A stretch of DNA of 64,000 nucleotides from Rickettsiales bacterium (lineage in GTDB: Bacteria > Pseudomonadota > Alphaproteobacteria > Rickettsiales > UBA1997): assembly GCA_031268035.1 (NCBI GenBank), contig JAIRXW010000025.1:3452-67451 (forward strand), read 5' to 3'. The notes beneath the pieces were generated by a model. That model was not told the origin of the DNA. It was given only the letters and a program-made list of their open reading frames with translations, and ran no database searches. The position numbers and the translations under genes are program-made. This document shows, piece after piece, positions 53,438-63,114 of the stretch (position 1 is its first letter; every line of letters begins with the position of its first letter).

Positions 53438-56053
53438 ATGGAGAGAGAAACTATAAAAAGACAGAAGAGTAGTTTCGAAAACATAAGGAAAAATCTTGTT
53501 AATTTTTCTGTTATGAGCCAAAGTTCTGTCCTAAAGGAACTCAAGAGTGATGTGGAAAATGGCCTATCCACAGATTACGTAGAAAATGTTCAGGATGAAT
53601 ATGGCTACAATGAAATAGGCGAAGGTGATGAGCGAAGTTGGTACGTGACTCTGGCAGAATCAATTTTTAATTCCTTTAATGTTGTTCTGATGGTTCTAGC
53701 GGCCGTATCCCTTGTGACAGGCGATGCTAAGGCCAGTATGGCAATACTGTCTTTAGTTTTGGTTAGCAGTTTAATAAAATTTATACAGGAAAATAAATCC
53801 AGCAGGGCTGGTGAGAAACTAAAGTCCATGATTAGAACAACTGCCACCGCCGTAAGGGACGGTAGGCAAATGGAGATAGAAATATCGGATCTAGTCAAAG
53901 GTGATATTCTCTATCTATCGGCGGGCGACATAGTGCCGGCGGATCTTCGCATTTTGGAATCCAGAGATTTGTTCATAAGTCAATCCTACCTAACGGGGGA
54001 ATCCGAACCGATAGAAAAATTTTCAAAGCTTAGTAAGGAAACTCTGGACAACATACCAAAATCTCCGATAGAACTGGAAGACCTGTGTTTTATGGGCACG
54101 AATATTGTCAGTGGCACAGCTATGGCCATTGTTCTGTTCACCGGAACGGACACATACTTTGGCTCTACGACAAAAATGATTGTCAGGAAAAAATCGGAAA
54201 CTAGCTTCAACAGAGGTCTGGCCGGTGTCAGCAGTTTTTTGATAAAACTTATGCTTCTGGTGGTTAGCATAGTGTTTTTTATAAATTGGTATGCGAAGAG
54301 CGATCCATTCAATGCTCTCCTGTTTGCCATATCTATGGCCGTTGGCATGACGCCGGAGATGCTGCCGGTAATAATAGCCTCCAATCTAGCTAAGGGTGTG
54401 ATATCCATGTCTAAAAAAAGAACAATTGTAAAAAATATAAATTCCGTGCAGAATTTTGGCGCCATGGATATTCTCTGCTCCGATAAAACTGGTACCCTAA
54501 CGGAAAACGTCATAGTGCTGCAATATCATTTTAATATTCATGGTAAAGAGGATGCCCGGGTGCTGAAGCATGCCTATCTTAACAGTAATTTTCAAACGGG
54601 GCTAAAAAATTTACTGGATTTAGCTATTATAGATAAGGCCGTTAAAAATAATTTCTATAGTCTTAACTACGAATACCAGAAAATAGACGAGATCCCCTTT
54701 GATTTTACCAGGAAAAAAATGTCCGTTGTGCTCAGAGACAAGAATGGCAAAACCCAGATGATCACAAAGGGGGCTCTAGAGGAAATGTTACAGATTTGCA
54801 AATATGCTGAATACAATGGCGAAATCGTAGAGATAGATAAAAAAATTAAGGATGAAATTATAGAAACCGTTCTCGATATGAACAAAAATGGTATGAGGGT
54901 TCTTGCCATAGCGCAGAAAAATATTTTTGCCGGAGAGGAGCGGGTTACTCTGAGTAGTGAAAATGGCATGATCATGATGGGATATTTGGTCTTTCTGGAT
55001 CCCCCAAAACAGACGGCAAAATCGGCCATAGAGGCTTTGAAAAATTTAAATGTCCAGGTTAAGGTGCTAACGGGCGATAACGATATAATAGCTGCCAACG
55101 TCTGTGGAAAAGTTGGCATTAGAAATGACAGGATAATGTTTGGCTCAACCATGGAAACCATGGATGATGTGGAACTTAAAAAGGAAGTTGAGAACTATGA
55201 TATATTCGCTAAACTGACGCCCCAGCAAAAATTGAGAATTATAAAAAGTCTTAAGAGTATAGGACACACTGTTGGGTTCATGGGGGATGGCATAAATGAT
55301 GCTCCAGCCATGAAGGAGGCCGATGTGGCCATTTCTGTGGACACGGCAGTGGACATAGCTAAGGAATCAGCTGACATTGTCTTACTGAAGAAGGATCTGA
55401 ACGTTCTGGTTGACGGAGTCATCGAGGGGAGAAAGATATTTTGCAATATTCTAAAATATGTGAAAATGACGCTCAGTTCAAATATCGGTAATGTGTTGTC
55501 TGTGCTCTTTGCTAGCATATTCTTGCCTTTTTTGCCTATGCTTCCGGTGCAAATGCTGCTGCTAAACGTTCTCTATGACCTTTCCCAGATATCAATCCCC
55601 TGGGATAACGTCGATAAAGATTATTTAAAAACTCAAAAAAAATGGGATATAGGCTCCATAAAAAGATTTGTCATCAGTATTGGCCCCATAAGTTCTATCT
55701 GTGATATACTGTTGTTTGCGCTGATGTATAGGTATTTCAGGTGGAGTGAATCACTATTTCGTAGCGGCTGGTTTATTGCCAGTATGATAACTCAAACCAT
55801 AGTGATACACCTCATAAGAACTGAAAAAAAGCCTATCTTGGAGAGTAATGTATCTCTAGGTGTATTTTTTGCCACGACAGTTTCTATGTTAGTTTCTATC
55901 ATTATTCCATACACAGCCATTGGCCGATCACTGAGTCTTACGGCGGTTCCTCTGTACTATTATTTTTGGCTGTTGCTAGTGGTAGCTCTCTATATTTTGT
56001 TGGTGCAGATAGTTAAAAAGAGATATGTGAGAAAATATGGTTCCTGGCTGTAG
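53438..56053 (+). CDS. mgtA: magnesium-importing P-type ATPase
   Basis: LTGESEP, CSDKTGTLT, TGDN, GDGINDAPA and the MgtA-type N-terminus (GLS......  YG.NEI); ~870 aa with 10 TM helices. Confidence 0.85.
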   Translation: MERETIKRQKSSFENIRKNLVNFSVMSQSSVLKELKSDVENGLSTDYVENVQDEYGYNEIGEGDERSWYVTLAESIFNSFNVVLMVLAAVSLVTGDAKASMAILSLVLVSSLIKFIQENKSSRAGEKLKSMIRTTATAVRDGRQMEIEISDLVKGDILYLSAGDIVPADLRILESRDLFISQSYLTGESEPIEKFSKLSKETLDNIPKSPIELEDLCFMGTNIVSGTAMAIVLFTGTDTYFGSTTKMIVRKKSETSFNRGLAGVSSFLIKLMLLVVSIVFFINWYAKSDPFNALLFAISMAVGMTPEMLPVIIASNLAKGVISMSKKRTIVKNINSVQNFGAMDILCSDKTGTLTENVIVLQYHFNIHGKEDARVLKHAYLNSNFQTGLKNLLDLAIIDKAVKNNFYSLNYEYQKIDEIPFDFTRKKMSVVLRDKNGKTQMITKGALEEMLQICKYAEYNGEIVEIDKKIKDEIIETVLDMNKNGMRVLAIAQKNIFAGEERVTLSSENGMIMMGYLVFLDPPKQTAKSAIEALKNLNVQVKVLTGDNDIIAANVCGKVGIRNDRIMFGSTMETMDDVELKKEVENYDIFAKLTPQQKLRIIKSLKSIGHTVGFMGDGINDAPAMKEADVAISVDTAVDIAKESADIVLLKKDLNVLVDGVIEGRKIFCNILKYVKMTLSSNIGNVLSVLFASIFLPFLPMLPVQMLLLNVLYDLSQISIPWDNVDKDYLKTQKKWDIGSIKRFVISIGPISSICDILLFALMYRYFRWSESLFRSGWFIASMITQTIVIHLIRTEKKPILESNVSLGVFFATTVSMLVSIIIPYTAIGRSLSLTAVPLYYYFWLLLVVALYILLVQIVKKRYVRKYGSWL

Positions 56054-56240
56054 ATGTGAATTCGTCGGTGGTTTATTTAGATAAACTATGCCGAGAGACA
56101 GAGGTGATGGCGTAACCAGCATGCCGTGTATATAAAGTTACAAAACTAACTTATTTTGAGTCTTCTCTAAAGTCTCTGGATCTAAGTTAGGGCCTAGACC
56201 TAGGGTAACGCATCGACCAAAAAGTTCGGGAACATTCCTA

Positions 56241-56270
56241 TTGCAATTAGAGGTGGTTTCTCTATATAAT
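56241..56270 (+). promoter_or_regulatory. sigma70-like promoter for uvrA
   Basis: TTGCAA (56241-56246), 18 nt, TATAAT (56265-56270), 31 nt upstream of the ATG. Confidence 0.45.
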
Positions 56271-56300
56271 AGTTTCTGTATTAAAAAAGTATCTTAGCAG

Positions 56301-59222
56301 ATGAATGGGGCTGATGGTTTTATAGAAATAGTAGGAGCAAGACAAAATAATTTAAAAAATATAAGTATAGACATTCCCAAAAATAAATTTATTGTCATCA
56401 CTGGCCTAAGTGGTTCTGGGAAATCGTCTCTGGCATTCGACACCATCTACGCGGAAGGCCAAAGGAGGTACATAGAAAGTCTTTCCACCTATGCCAGACA
56501 GTTTTTAAACGTTCAGACGAAACCAGATGTGGATCATATAGCCGGCCTGTCTCCGTCCATAGCTATAGATCAGAAAGTCATAGGAAAAAATCCTAGGTCC
56601 ACAGTAGGTACGATCACGGAAATATACGATTATCTGAGACTTTTGTTTTCGAGTATAGGTGTTCCCCACTCCCCCGTTACGGGAAAACCACTGGAAAGCC
56701 AAAGTCCTGAAAGTATGACGAAGGATATTTTAAGCATCCCCCAAAAATCAAGGATAACCGTACTGGCTCCCTACATAAAACAATCACGGGGAGAACATAG
56801 AAAAGAGCTTATAAAAATAAGGAAGTTGAATTTCACAAGGATTAGAGTTGACGGTGAGATCATAGAGATAACCAATAGTTTGCCAAAACTAGATAAGGCT
56901 GTGAAGCACGATGTGGAACTTGTCCTCGATTATTTTACGATAGACTCTAGCATAGAAAAAAGGGTTATGGCAGCTATAACCAGAGGAATAGAGTACAGTA
57001 ATGGTGTTATACTGGTGCAGATAGAAGATCTGCCAAGTGATGTTGGAAGTTTTGTAATAAAAACAAAGCAATATACGAAAGGCAGCTGCATAAGGTTTTC
57101 CAGTAAATATAGTTGCCCAGAGTCTGGTATGACCATAGAAAGTATAGAGCCTAGAATGTTTTCGTTCAATAATCCATTCGGGGCCTGCAGAAAATGTGAT
57201 GGCCTTGGCACGGAGCTGATGTTTGATGAAAAACTTGTTATCATAGATCCGAATTTGTCGATAAATCAGGGTGTTCTGGATCCCTTTAGAATAGATGCGA
57301 CGGCAAGAATATATATAAAGACTCTGGAGCAAATTGGTAAAAAATATAACTTTGACCTAGACACGCCTTTCGAAAAGTATCCGGAGCATGTCAAAAGCGT
57401 GATAATGTACGGCTGCGACGATGATGTGGATATAGAAATTGAGGAAAACAGTCTCCTGTCGACACTATCTACAAAATTCATCGGCATAATGAACATAATA
57501 AATGAGAGATATCTTCAGGCAAAAGACGAGCTTCTGAGAGATGAGCTGGGAAAATATCAGAGCCTAAAGGTATGTAATTGCTGCGGGGGCTACAGACTGA
57601 ATGAAGAGGCGCTTAGTGTGAAAATAGATGGTAGACACATAGGACAGGTCTGCGATATGTCCATTGGTGAAATATATGCGTTTTTCAAGCATCTCAATGA
57701 TGTTCTGGGGCCAAACGAGCGAATTGTTGCCGATAGAATAATATCTGAAATAGAAAACAGACTGAGTTTTCTTATGGATGTGGGCATAGACTATCTAACT
57801 CTCAATAGGCAATCTGGCACATTATCTGGTGGTGAAAGCCAGAGAATTAGACTGGCAACACAAATAGCCACCGGACTGTCCGGGGTTGTATATGTTTTGG
57901 ATGAGCCGTCCATAGGTTTGCACCAGTCTGATAATCAAAAGCTAATAAAGACGATGAAAACTCTGAGAGATCTGGGCAACACAGTGATAGTGGTTGAACA
58001 TGACGAAGAGACAATGATGGCCGCAGATTGGCTAATAGATATAGGCCCTGGAGCTGGAGTGCATGGGGGTAGAGTGATAGCCAAAGGGTTTCCCAGGGAT
58101 ATTCTAGAAAATCCAGATAGTCTGACGGGAGCCTACCTGAGTGGAAGGAAATCCATACCTGTCCCACCAAAACGCAGAAAATTTAATCCCCAAAAAAAAA
58201 TTACTCTGGTTAATGCGAGAGGTAACAATCTGAAAAACGTTACCGTTGACTTTCCACTGGGAGTTTTTTGCAGTGTAACCGGCGTGTCGGGTGGGGGTAA
58301 ATCGACTCTTGTGCTGCAAACTCTACACAAAGCTCTTTCTCGTTTACTTATGAATGCTAAGGTTATACCGGCGCCCTATGATAGAATAGATGGGCTTAAC
58401 AGTGTCGACAAGATTATTCAGATAGACCAGTCCCCCATAGGAAGAACGCCGAGATCAAATCCCTGCACCTATGTGGGTATTTTCACCTACATCAGAGACC
58501 TATTTTCAGGTATTCCAGAGGCCCAGGATAGAGGGTTCAGCATAAACCATTTTTCCTTCAATGTTAAAGGAGGCCGCTGTGAGCATTGTCAGGGAGACGG
58601 GAGTATCAAAATAGAGATGCATTTTCTGCCCGACATATTCGTTCAGTGCCCCATATGTAATGGTAAAAGATATAACAGAGACATATTGGAAGTAGAATAT
58701 TGCAATAAGAATATAGCTGAAGTGTTGAATATGACCGTGGAAGAGGCCTGCAAATTCTTCATCAAAGAGCCATTGATCTACGAAAAATTCAGGGCCCTGA
58801 GGGAGGTTGGCCTGGGTTACATAAGAATAGGACAATCGGCTACAACTTTATCCGGAGGAGAAGCCCAGAGGATAAAATTGGCTAAAGAACTAAGTAAAAA
58901 AGATACTGGAAATACTATCTATATTCTCGATGAACCAACCACCGGTCTCCATTCTGATGATATAAGAAAATTGTTATCAGTTCTTCATAAGTTAGTTGAA
59001 CAGGGAAATACCGTCATAGTGATAGAACATAACCTAGACGTGATAAAAACTTCAGATTGGATAATAGATGTTGGGCCCCGCGGAGGAGACGAGGGGGGTT
59101 ATATTGTGGCCCAGGGAACGCCGGAAGAAATTGCTGCGAAGGAGGATAATCTAACGGGCAAATATCTAAAGGTTGTATTGGAAAAGTACAAAACAGATCA
59201 ACTTAGATTGTCGAAGAACTGA
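56301..59222 (+). CDS. uvrA: excinuclease ABC subunit A
   Basis: Two ABC modules (GLSGSGKSSLAFDT; GVSGGGKSTL), LSGGE(S/A)QRI+LA twice, and zinc-finger cysteines C..C...C..C. Confidence 0.95.
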   Translation: MNGADGFIEIVGARQNNLKNISIDIPKNKFIVITGLSGSGKSSLAFDTIYAEGQRRYIESLSTYARQFLNVQTKPDVDHIAGLSPSIAIDQKVIGKNPRSTVGTITEIYDYLRLLFSSIGVPHSPVTGKPLESQSPESMTKDILSIPQKSRITVLAPYIKQSRGEHRKELIKIRKLNFTRIRVDGEIIEITNSLPKLDKAVKHDVELVLDYFTIDSSIEKRVMAAITRGIEYSNGVILVQIEDLPSDVGSFVIKTKQYTKGSCIRFSSKYSCPESGMTIESIEPRMFSFNNPFGACRKCDGLGTELMFDEKLVIIDPNLSINQGVLDPFRIDATARIYIKTLEQIGKKYNFDLDTPFEKYPEHVKSVIMYGCDDDVDIEIEENSLLSTLSTKFIGIMNIINERYLQAKDELLRDELGKYQSLKVCNCCGGYRLNEEALSVKIDGRHIGQVCDMSIGEIYAFFKHLNDVLGPNERIVADRIISEIENRLSFLMDVGIDYLTLNRQSGTLSGGESQRIRLATQIATGLSGVVYVLDEPSIGLHQSDNQKLIKTMKTLRDLGNTVIVVEHDEETMMAADWLIDIGPGAGVHGGRVIAKGFPRDILENPDSLTGAYLSGRKSIPVPPKRRKFNPQKKITLVNARGNNLKNVTVDFPLGVFCSVTGVSGGGKSTLVLQTLHKALSRLLMNAKVIPAPYDRIDGLNSVDKIIQIDQSPIGRTPRSNPCTYVGIFTYIRDLFSGIPEAQDRGFSINHFSFNVKGGRCEHCQGDGSIKIEMHFLPDIFVQCPICNGKRYNRDILEVEYCNKNIAEVLNMTVEEACKFFIKEPLIYEKFRALREVGLGYIRIGQSATTLSGGEAQRIKLAKELSKKDTGNTIYILDEPTTGLHSDDIRKLLSVLHKLVEQGNTVIVIEHNLDVIKTSDWIIDVGPRGGDEGGYIVAQGTPEEIAAKEDNLTGKYLKVVLEKYKTDQLRLSKN

Positions 59223-59288
59223 ATACTCTGTTCTCCGACAATTGATAAAATAGTATCTATTTTTCTTGAAATTTGTATTTTTATAGGT

Positions 59289-59918
59289 CTAATTATGTCG
59301 TCTGTTATATTCTTCTCTGATGTTTTTCCTAAATTCTTTTTTCTGGTCTTTATTATAATTATAATTTAAAAATTCGATACAACCAGTGTTGCAACATTTG
59401 GAGTATTTTTCGAATATTTCTCTATATTTTTCTGCTTCGTTTCTAGGAAACGATATGATATTGTCGGGGCCAAAGGAAAGACCTTTGATCATTTTATTAA
59501 TCAAGCGTATTTTTATTATTTCTTCCTCTTCAATTGTTTCTTCCTTCGCTTTATTGATCTTCTCATTTGCGCTTTTTTCACAGTCTATGGTTATATCGTT
59601 TAACTGTTTTTTTTCTGCCTTTTCTATATTAGCTATGCTTTTTTTATAGTCCGCTTTCATTTTATTTTGCTCTAGTTTTACCTTTAACAGGTCCACCTCT
59701 TCGCCGCACCATTTAACGAAAGTTGACACCAGACCATTAGCGTAGGCTGTATAGAGTAATCCAGCCGTGATTGTTACGATGCCTCCGCCAGCTAAGCCCA
59801 AAATGGCCGTTCGTTCTCTACTGAGGGGAGGTTGTCCGAGGGAGGAATTTTGTCCGAGGGACATTATCGCGATAAATAGGCCTAAAAAAACGATGGTAGA
59901 TGATCTCTTTTTTCTCAT
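59289..59918 (-). CDS. small protein with hydrophobic N-terminal segments + coiled coil (local family member 2)
   Basis: Start moved to MRKKRSSTIVFLGLFIAIMSLG (59918). The second hydrophobic segment TAILGLAGGGIVTITAGLLYTAYANG resembles VSAGVGGLASGTLMYVFRNG of the 50228-50773 protein. The C-terminus is Lys/Glu-rich with CCNTGC. Confidence 0.55.
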   Translation of the reverse strand: MRKKRSSTIVFLGLFIAIMSLGQNSSLGQPPLSRERTAILGLAGGGIVTITAGLLYTAYANGLVSTFVKWCGEEVDLLKVKLEQNKMKADYKKSIANIEKAEKKQLNDITIDCEKSANEKINKAKEETIEEEEIIKIRLINKMIKGLSFGPDNIISFPRNEAEKYREIFEKYSKCCNTGCIEFLNYNYNKDQKKEFRKNIREEYNRRHN

Positions 59919-60152
59919 ATTATTCAATAAAAATCTACGGAGGTGGATCGTAATTTTAAGTTTTAGAATAATCAATGACATTTTTTCAAAAAATACACCG
60001 GCATAAAATTTTTTTTTATTAATATTTTTCTCAAAAATACTGAAATTTTTCGTGTATTTTCTAGAATTGTACCTTTATTTATTCATTTTTTGGGTTGTTT
60101 TCATTTGTTTTTTGTTTCTAGATTGAAAATATTTATTTTCCCAATAAACATT

Positions 60153-60180
60153 CTTGAAAACCCAAAAAAAAATATTATCT
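60153..60180 (+). promoter_or_regulatory. possible RpoH (sigma32)-type promoter upstream of grpE
   Basis: CTTGAAA (60153-60159), then ATTATCT (60174-60180) at CTTG-N17. Compare the alphaproteobacterial consensus CTTG-N17-CYTATNT (6/7 match in the -10). Confidence 0.35.
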
Positions 60181-60209
60181 ATAGACGTAGTTTATAATCG
60201 AAATTTGTA

Positions 60210-60788
60210 ATGGTCGTAGAAAAACCACATGGGAAATCTGAGGCTAGAGATGAGCCCGAATTTGAGCCAGAGAAAGAAGAGAACGAAGAGGCCGAATTAG
60301 GTGATAGTGAAGAGGAGAGTAGCTCCGAAGAGTTAGAGGAATTGGATAGACTTTTGAAGGAAAATGCTGATCTAAAAGATAAATTATTAAGAACTCTAGC
60401 GGAATTGGAAAACACCAGAAGACGAGCGGCAGAGGAAAAAGACAGAACTGTAAAATTTGCTATAGCTGATTTTGTGAAAGATCTTATAGCTGTGATGGAA
60501 AATTTCCATCTGGCTTTGGCAAATATCGGCAAAGGGGCTGAAGAGGAGTCTTTTAGGGTATTTCATAGTGGGATTGAGCTAACTTTCAGTGAGCTGAAAA
60601 AAGTTTTTGATAAAAATAATGTGAGTAGAATATATCCGCTAGGGGAGCAATTTAATCCAAGGTATCATGAGGCTATCGCGACTATTGAAAGTAACAGCAC
60701 AACTGGTATAATAGTCGAAGTTATGCAGGCTGGCTATGCCCTAAACGATAGAATACTTAAGCCAGCCCTTGTCGTTGTGGCGAAGTAG
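60210..60788 (+). CDS. grpE: nucleotide exchange factor GrpE
   Basis: Acidic N-terminus, L+DK.LR..AE.EN.RRR...E......FAI..F.KDL..V..N...AL, and the C-terminal beta domain ..G..LN.R.L+PA.V.V. Confidence 0.9.
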   Translation: MVVEKPHGKSEARDEPEFEPEKEENEEAELGDSEEESSSEELEELDRLLKENADLKDKLLRTLAELENTRRRAAEEKDRTVKFAIADFVKDLIAVMENFHLALANIGKGAEEESFRVFHSGIELTFSELKKVFDKNNVSRIYPLGEQFNPRYHEAIATIESNSTTGIIVEVMQAGYALNDRILKPALVVVAK

Positions 60789-60833
60789 GACACGCACAAG
60801 TTTTATTTATTAAAAAAAATTAATGGAGGAGTT

Positions 60834-61229
60834 ATGCCATATTCGAAGAAAATGTTAGAGTACTGTGAAAATCCAAAGAATATTGGGAGTCTAGACGAAA
60901 ATGATATATCCGTTGGAACTGGCTCGGCCGGTTCTCCGGTTTGCGGGGATATGCTAAAATTTCAGATAAAAGTCAAAGATAATGTTATCGTTGACGCAAA
61001 ATTTAAAACCTTTGGCTGCGGCGGGGCCATATCTTCCAGTTCCCTGATAACAGAGAAGGTTATAGGAAAAACCCTCGAAGAGGCGTTGAAACTGAAAAAT
61101 AAGGATATAATTCAAGAGTTGGAACTGCCCAAGGTAAAAATCCACTGTTCGGTTCTAGCCGAGGAGGCTGTGCACAAAGCTGTGGAGGATTACAAAAATA
61201 AAAATAGTAAAAACAGTGAAAATTCATAG
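60834..61229 (+). CDS. iscU: Fe-S cluster assembly scaffold IscU
   Basis: Y....L.....P.N.GSL......VGTG..G.P.CGD.......V.......DA+FKTFGCG.AI.SSS...E...GK....A........LP..K.HCS.LA. Confidence 0.9.
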   Translation: MPYSKKMLEYCENPKNIGSLDENDISVGTGSAGSPVCGDMLKFQIKVKDNVIVDAKFKTFGCGGAISSSSLITEKVIGKTLEEALKLKNKDIIQELELPKVKIHCSVLAEEAVHKAVEDYKNKNSKNSENS

Positions 61230-61368
61230 ACACACACGCTCCCTTTTCCGGGGACTAGAAAATTTAGTGGGTGCCCCCGGCACAGTTTGGAGATCTATGT
61301 TCCGGATATCTGTATCCGAGAAACAGAGAATTGATCCTGTGCCGGAGAAATCCGGATTTTAGTTGCCC

Positions 61369-62052
61369 ATGGGTAGTTGGCACATTCTGTTGATTGATGA
61401 TGATGACCGCATAAGGGGCCTGTTGGGCAAATATCTGGCTAAAAACGAATTTCTTGTGTCTGGCGCTGGTTCCGTAGCCGAAGCTCGGAGACTCAGGGAA
61501 AAATATATCTTTGATTTGATGATAGTGGATTATCTAATGCCGGTCGAAGATGGCCTCAGTTTTATTTCTGAACTGAGAGAGTCTGGGGATAGAATTCCCA
61601 TTGTCATGCTAACCGCCCTGAATGATGTCACCAGCAGAATAGAGGTGCTTTCCTGTGGAGCGGATGACTATTTACCAAAGCCCTTCGAACCGAAGGAATT
61701 GGTCCTTAGAATGCTAAACATTCTAAAACGAGTCAACACCAATGTTTCCGAATACGGTAGAATATGTTTTGGTGATTTTGTCTTTCACCCGTTTGAAAAC
61801 GAACTATTCAGAAACGATGCCCCGGTGAAATTAACAGATACGGAGGGGAAAATACTGAAGATATTTTGTGATAGTGCCAATAAAGTTCTCACCAGAGGGG
61901 AAATTTGTGATGCCTTTGGAAATGACATCGGCAAAAGAACAATAGATGTCCAGATAACAAGGCTTAGAAAAAAAATTGAAGGCGACACCAAAAGTCCGAA
62001 ATTTTTGAAGACCATCAGAAATGGTGGGTACATTTTTATGCTGAGAGGCTAG
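61369..62052 (+). CDS. OmpR/PhoB-family response regulator (no adjacent histidine kinase)
   Basis: Receiver domain ILLIDDDDRIR...DLMIVDYLMP(phospho-Asp)...PIVMLTA...KPF. The winged-helix C-terminus has LT..E..IL......  ...R.IDVQITRLRKKIE.......+.T+RG.GY. Confidence 0.85.
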   Translation: MGSWHILLIDDDDRIRGLLGKYLAKNEFLVSGAGSVAEARRLREKYIFDLMIVDYLMPVEDGLSFISELRESGDRIPIVMLTALNDVTSRIEVLSCGADDYLPKPFEPKELVLRMLNILKRVNTNVSEYGRICFGDFVFHPFENELFRNDAPVKLTDTEGKILKIFCDSANKVLTRGEICDAFGNDIGKRTIDVQITRLRKKIEGDTKSPKFLKTIRNGGYIFMLRG

Positions 62053-62145
62053 GGCTCCCTCCCTCTAGGGCCGGGGCGCTTTGGGGTTATCCAGTCCGCC
62101 CACTCTGTTGTCTGTGGAAATATGTTCTGTGAAATTACATTGTTT

Positions 62146-63072
62146 CTAACTATAGAGATTTTTTGTCAGATATCTATCTCCCCTATCTGCCAAAAGTACA
62201 ACAATATTGCCGCTATCCACTCTGGTCAGTAGTTTTTTTGTGGCCGCCAGAACTGCGCCCGAGGAGGATCCAGCCAATATACCTTCTCTCAGGGCCAGCT
62301 GTTTCGATTCCTGAAAAGCTTCAGCGTCACTAATTTTAAAAATTTCGTCCACTAGACTCATATCCATTATTTTAGGCATAAAACTATTTCCTATGCCCTC
62401 TATTCTGTAGGGGTTATCAATTCCTCCACCCATAGTGGAGCCTATTGGATCGGCGAGGACACCCCGTACATTTTTATTCTTTGATTTCAAATATCTCATG
62501 ACTCCAGTTATTGTTCCACCAGTGCCAGCGCCGCTGACGAAGTAGTCTATTTGACCGTCGAGAGCATTGTATATTTCAGGGCCAGTTGTTTCAAAATGGA
62601 TTCGAGTGTTTACTTCATTAGAAAATTGGTCCAGATGCACAGCATTTTTATATTTGCCTAGGATTTCTTGAACCATATTGAAAGCCCCCTTCATACCCAA
62701 TTCTTCCGGGGTGTCTATCACTTCAGCTCCGAGGGCCAGTAGAACATTGCGTTTTTCCGAGGAAAATTTTGTTGGCAGGACAATTATGGTGCGATAACCT
62801 CTGCCGATGGAAAAAAAAGCAAGACTTATTCCCGTATTGCCAGAACTGGCTTCAACAATTATGCTGTCCCTGGAAAGACGTCCATCTTTTTCCGCTTCCT
62901 CTATGGCAGCTTTTGCTAATCTATCTTTAGAGCTTCCACCCGGGTTAAGCATTTCCATTTTTGCAAATACGTTTGTTCCATTTGGAAAATTCATATTATT
63001 CAATTTTACCAGGGGGGTGTTAGCAACCATTTTACTATAATTTTCATAGTACTTCACAATGCTAATATTCAA
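62146..63072 (-). CDS. cysK: cysteine synthase (O-acetylserine sulfhydrylase, CysK/CysM family)
   Basis: NTPLVKLN, NPGGSSKDRLA (PLP Lys), SSGNTGISLA, GTGGT, and the C-terminus ..ADRGDRYL. Confidence 0.85.
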   Translation of the reverse strand: MNISIVKYYENYSKMVANTPLVKLNNMNFPNGTNVFAKMEMLNPGGSSKDRLAKAAIEEAEKDGRLSRDSIIVEASSGNTGISLAFFSIGRGYRTIIVLPTKFSSEKRNVLLALGAEVIDTPEELGMKGAFNMVQEILGKYKNAVHLDQFSNEVNTRIHFETTGPEIYNALDGQIDYFVSGAGTGGTITGVMRYLKSKNKNVRGVLADPIGSTMGGGIDNPYRIEGIGNSFMPKIMDMSLVDEIFKISDAEAFQESKQLALREGILAGSSSGAVLAATKKLLTRVDSGNIVVLLADRGDRYLTKNLYS

Positions 63073-63114
63073 TTTATATTTTGGATGTAATTTTGTAATT
63101 TGAATATATAATTG

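Noticed and set aside
56215-56245. Alphaproteobacterial LexA (SOS) box GTTC-N7-GTTC upstream of uvrA.
   Set aside because: The only candidate, GTTCgggaacaTTCC, has a defective second half-site, and no lexA is seen in the window.
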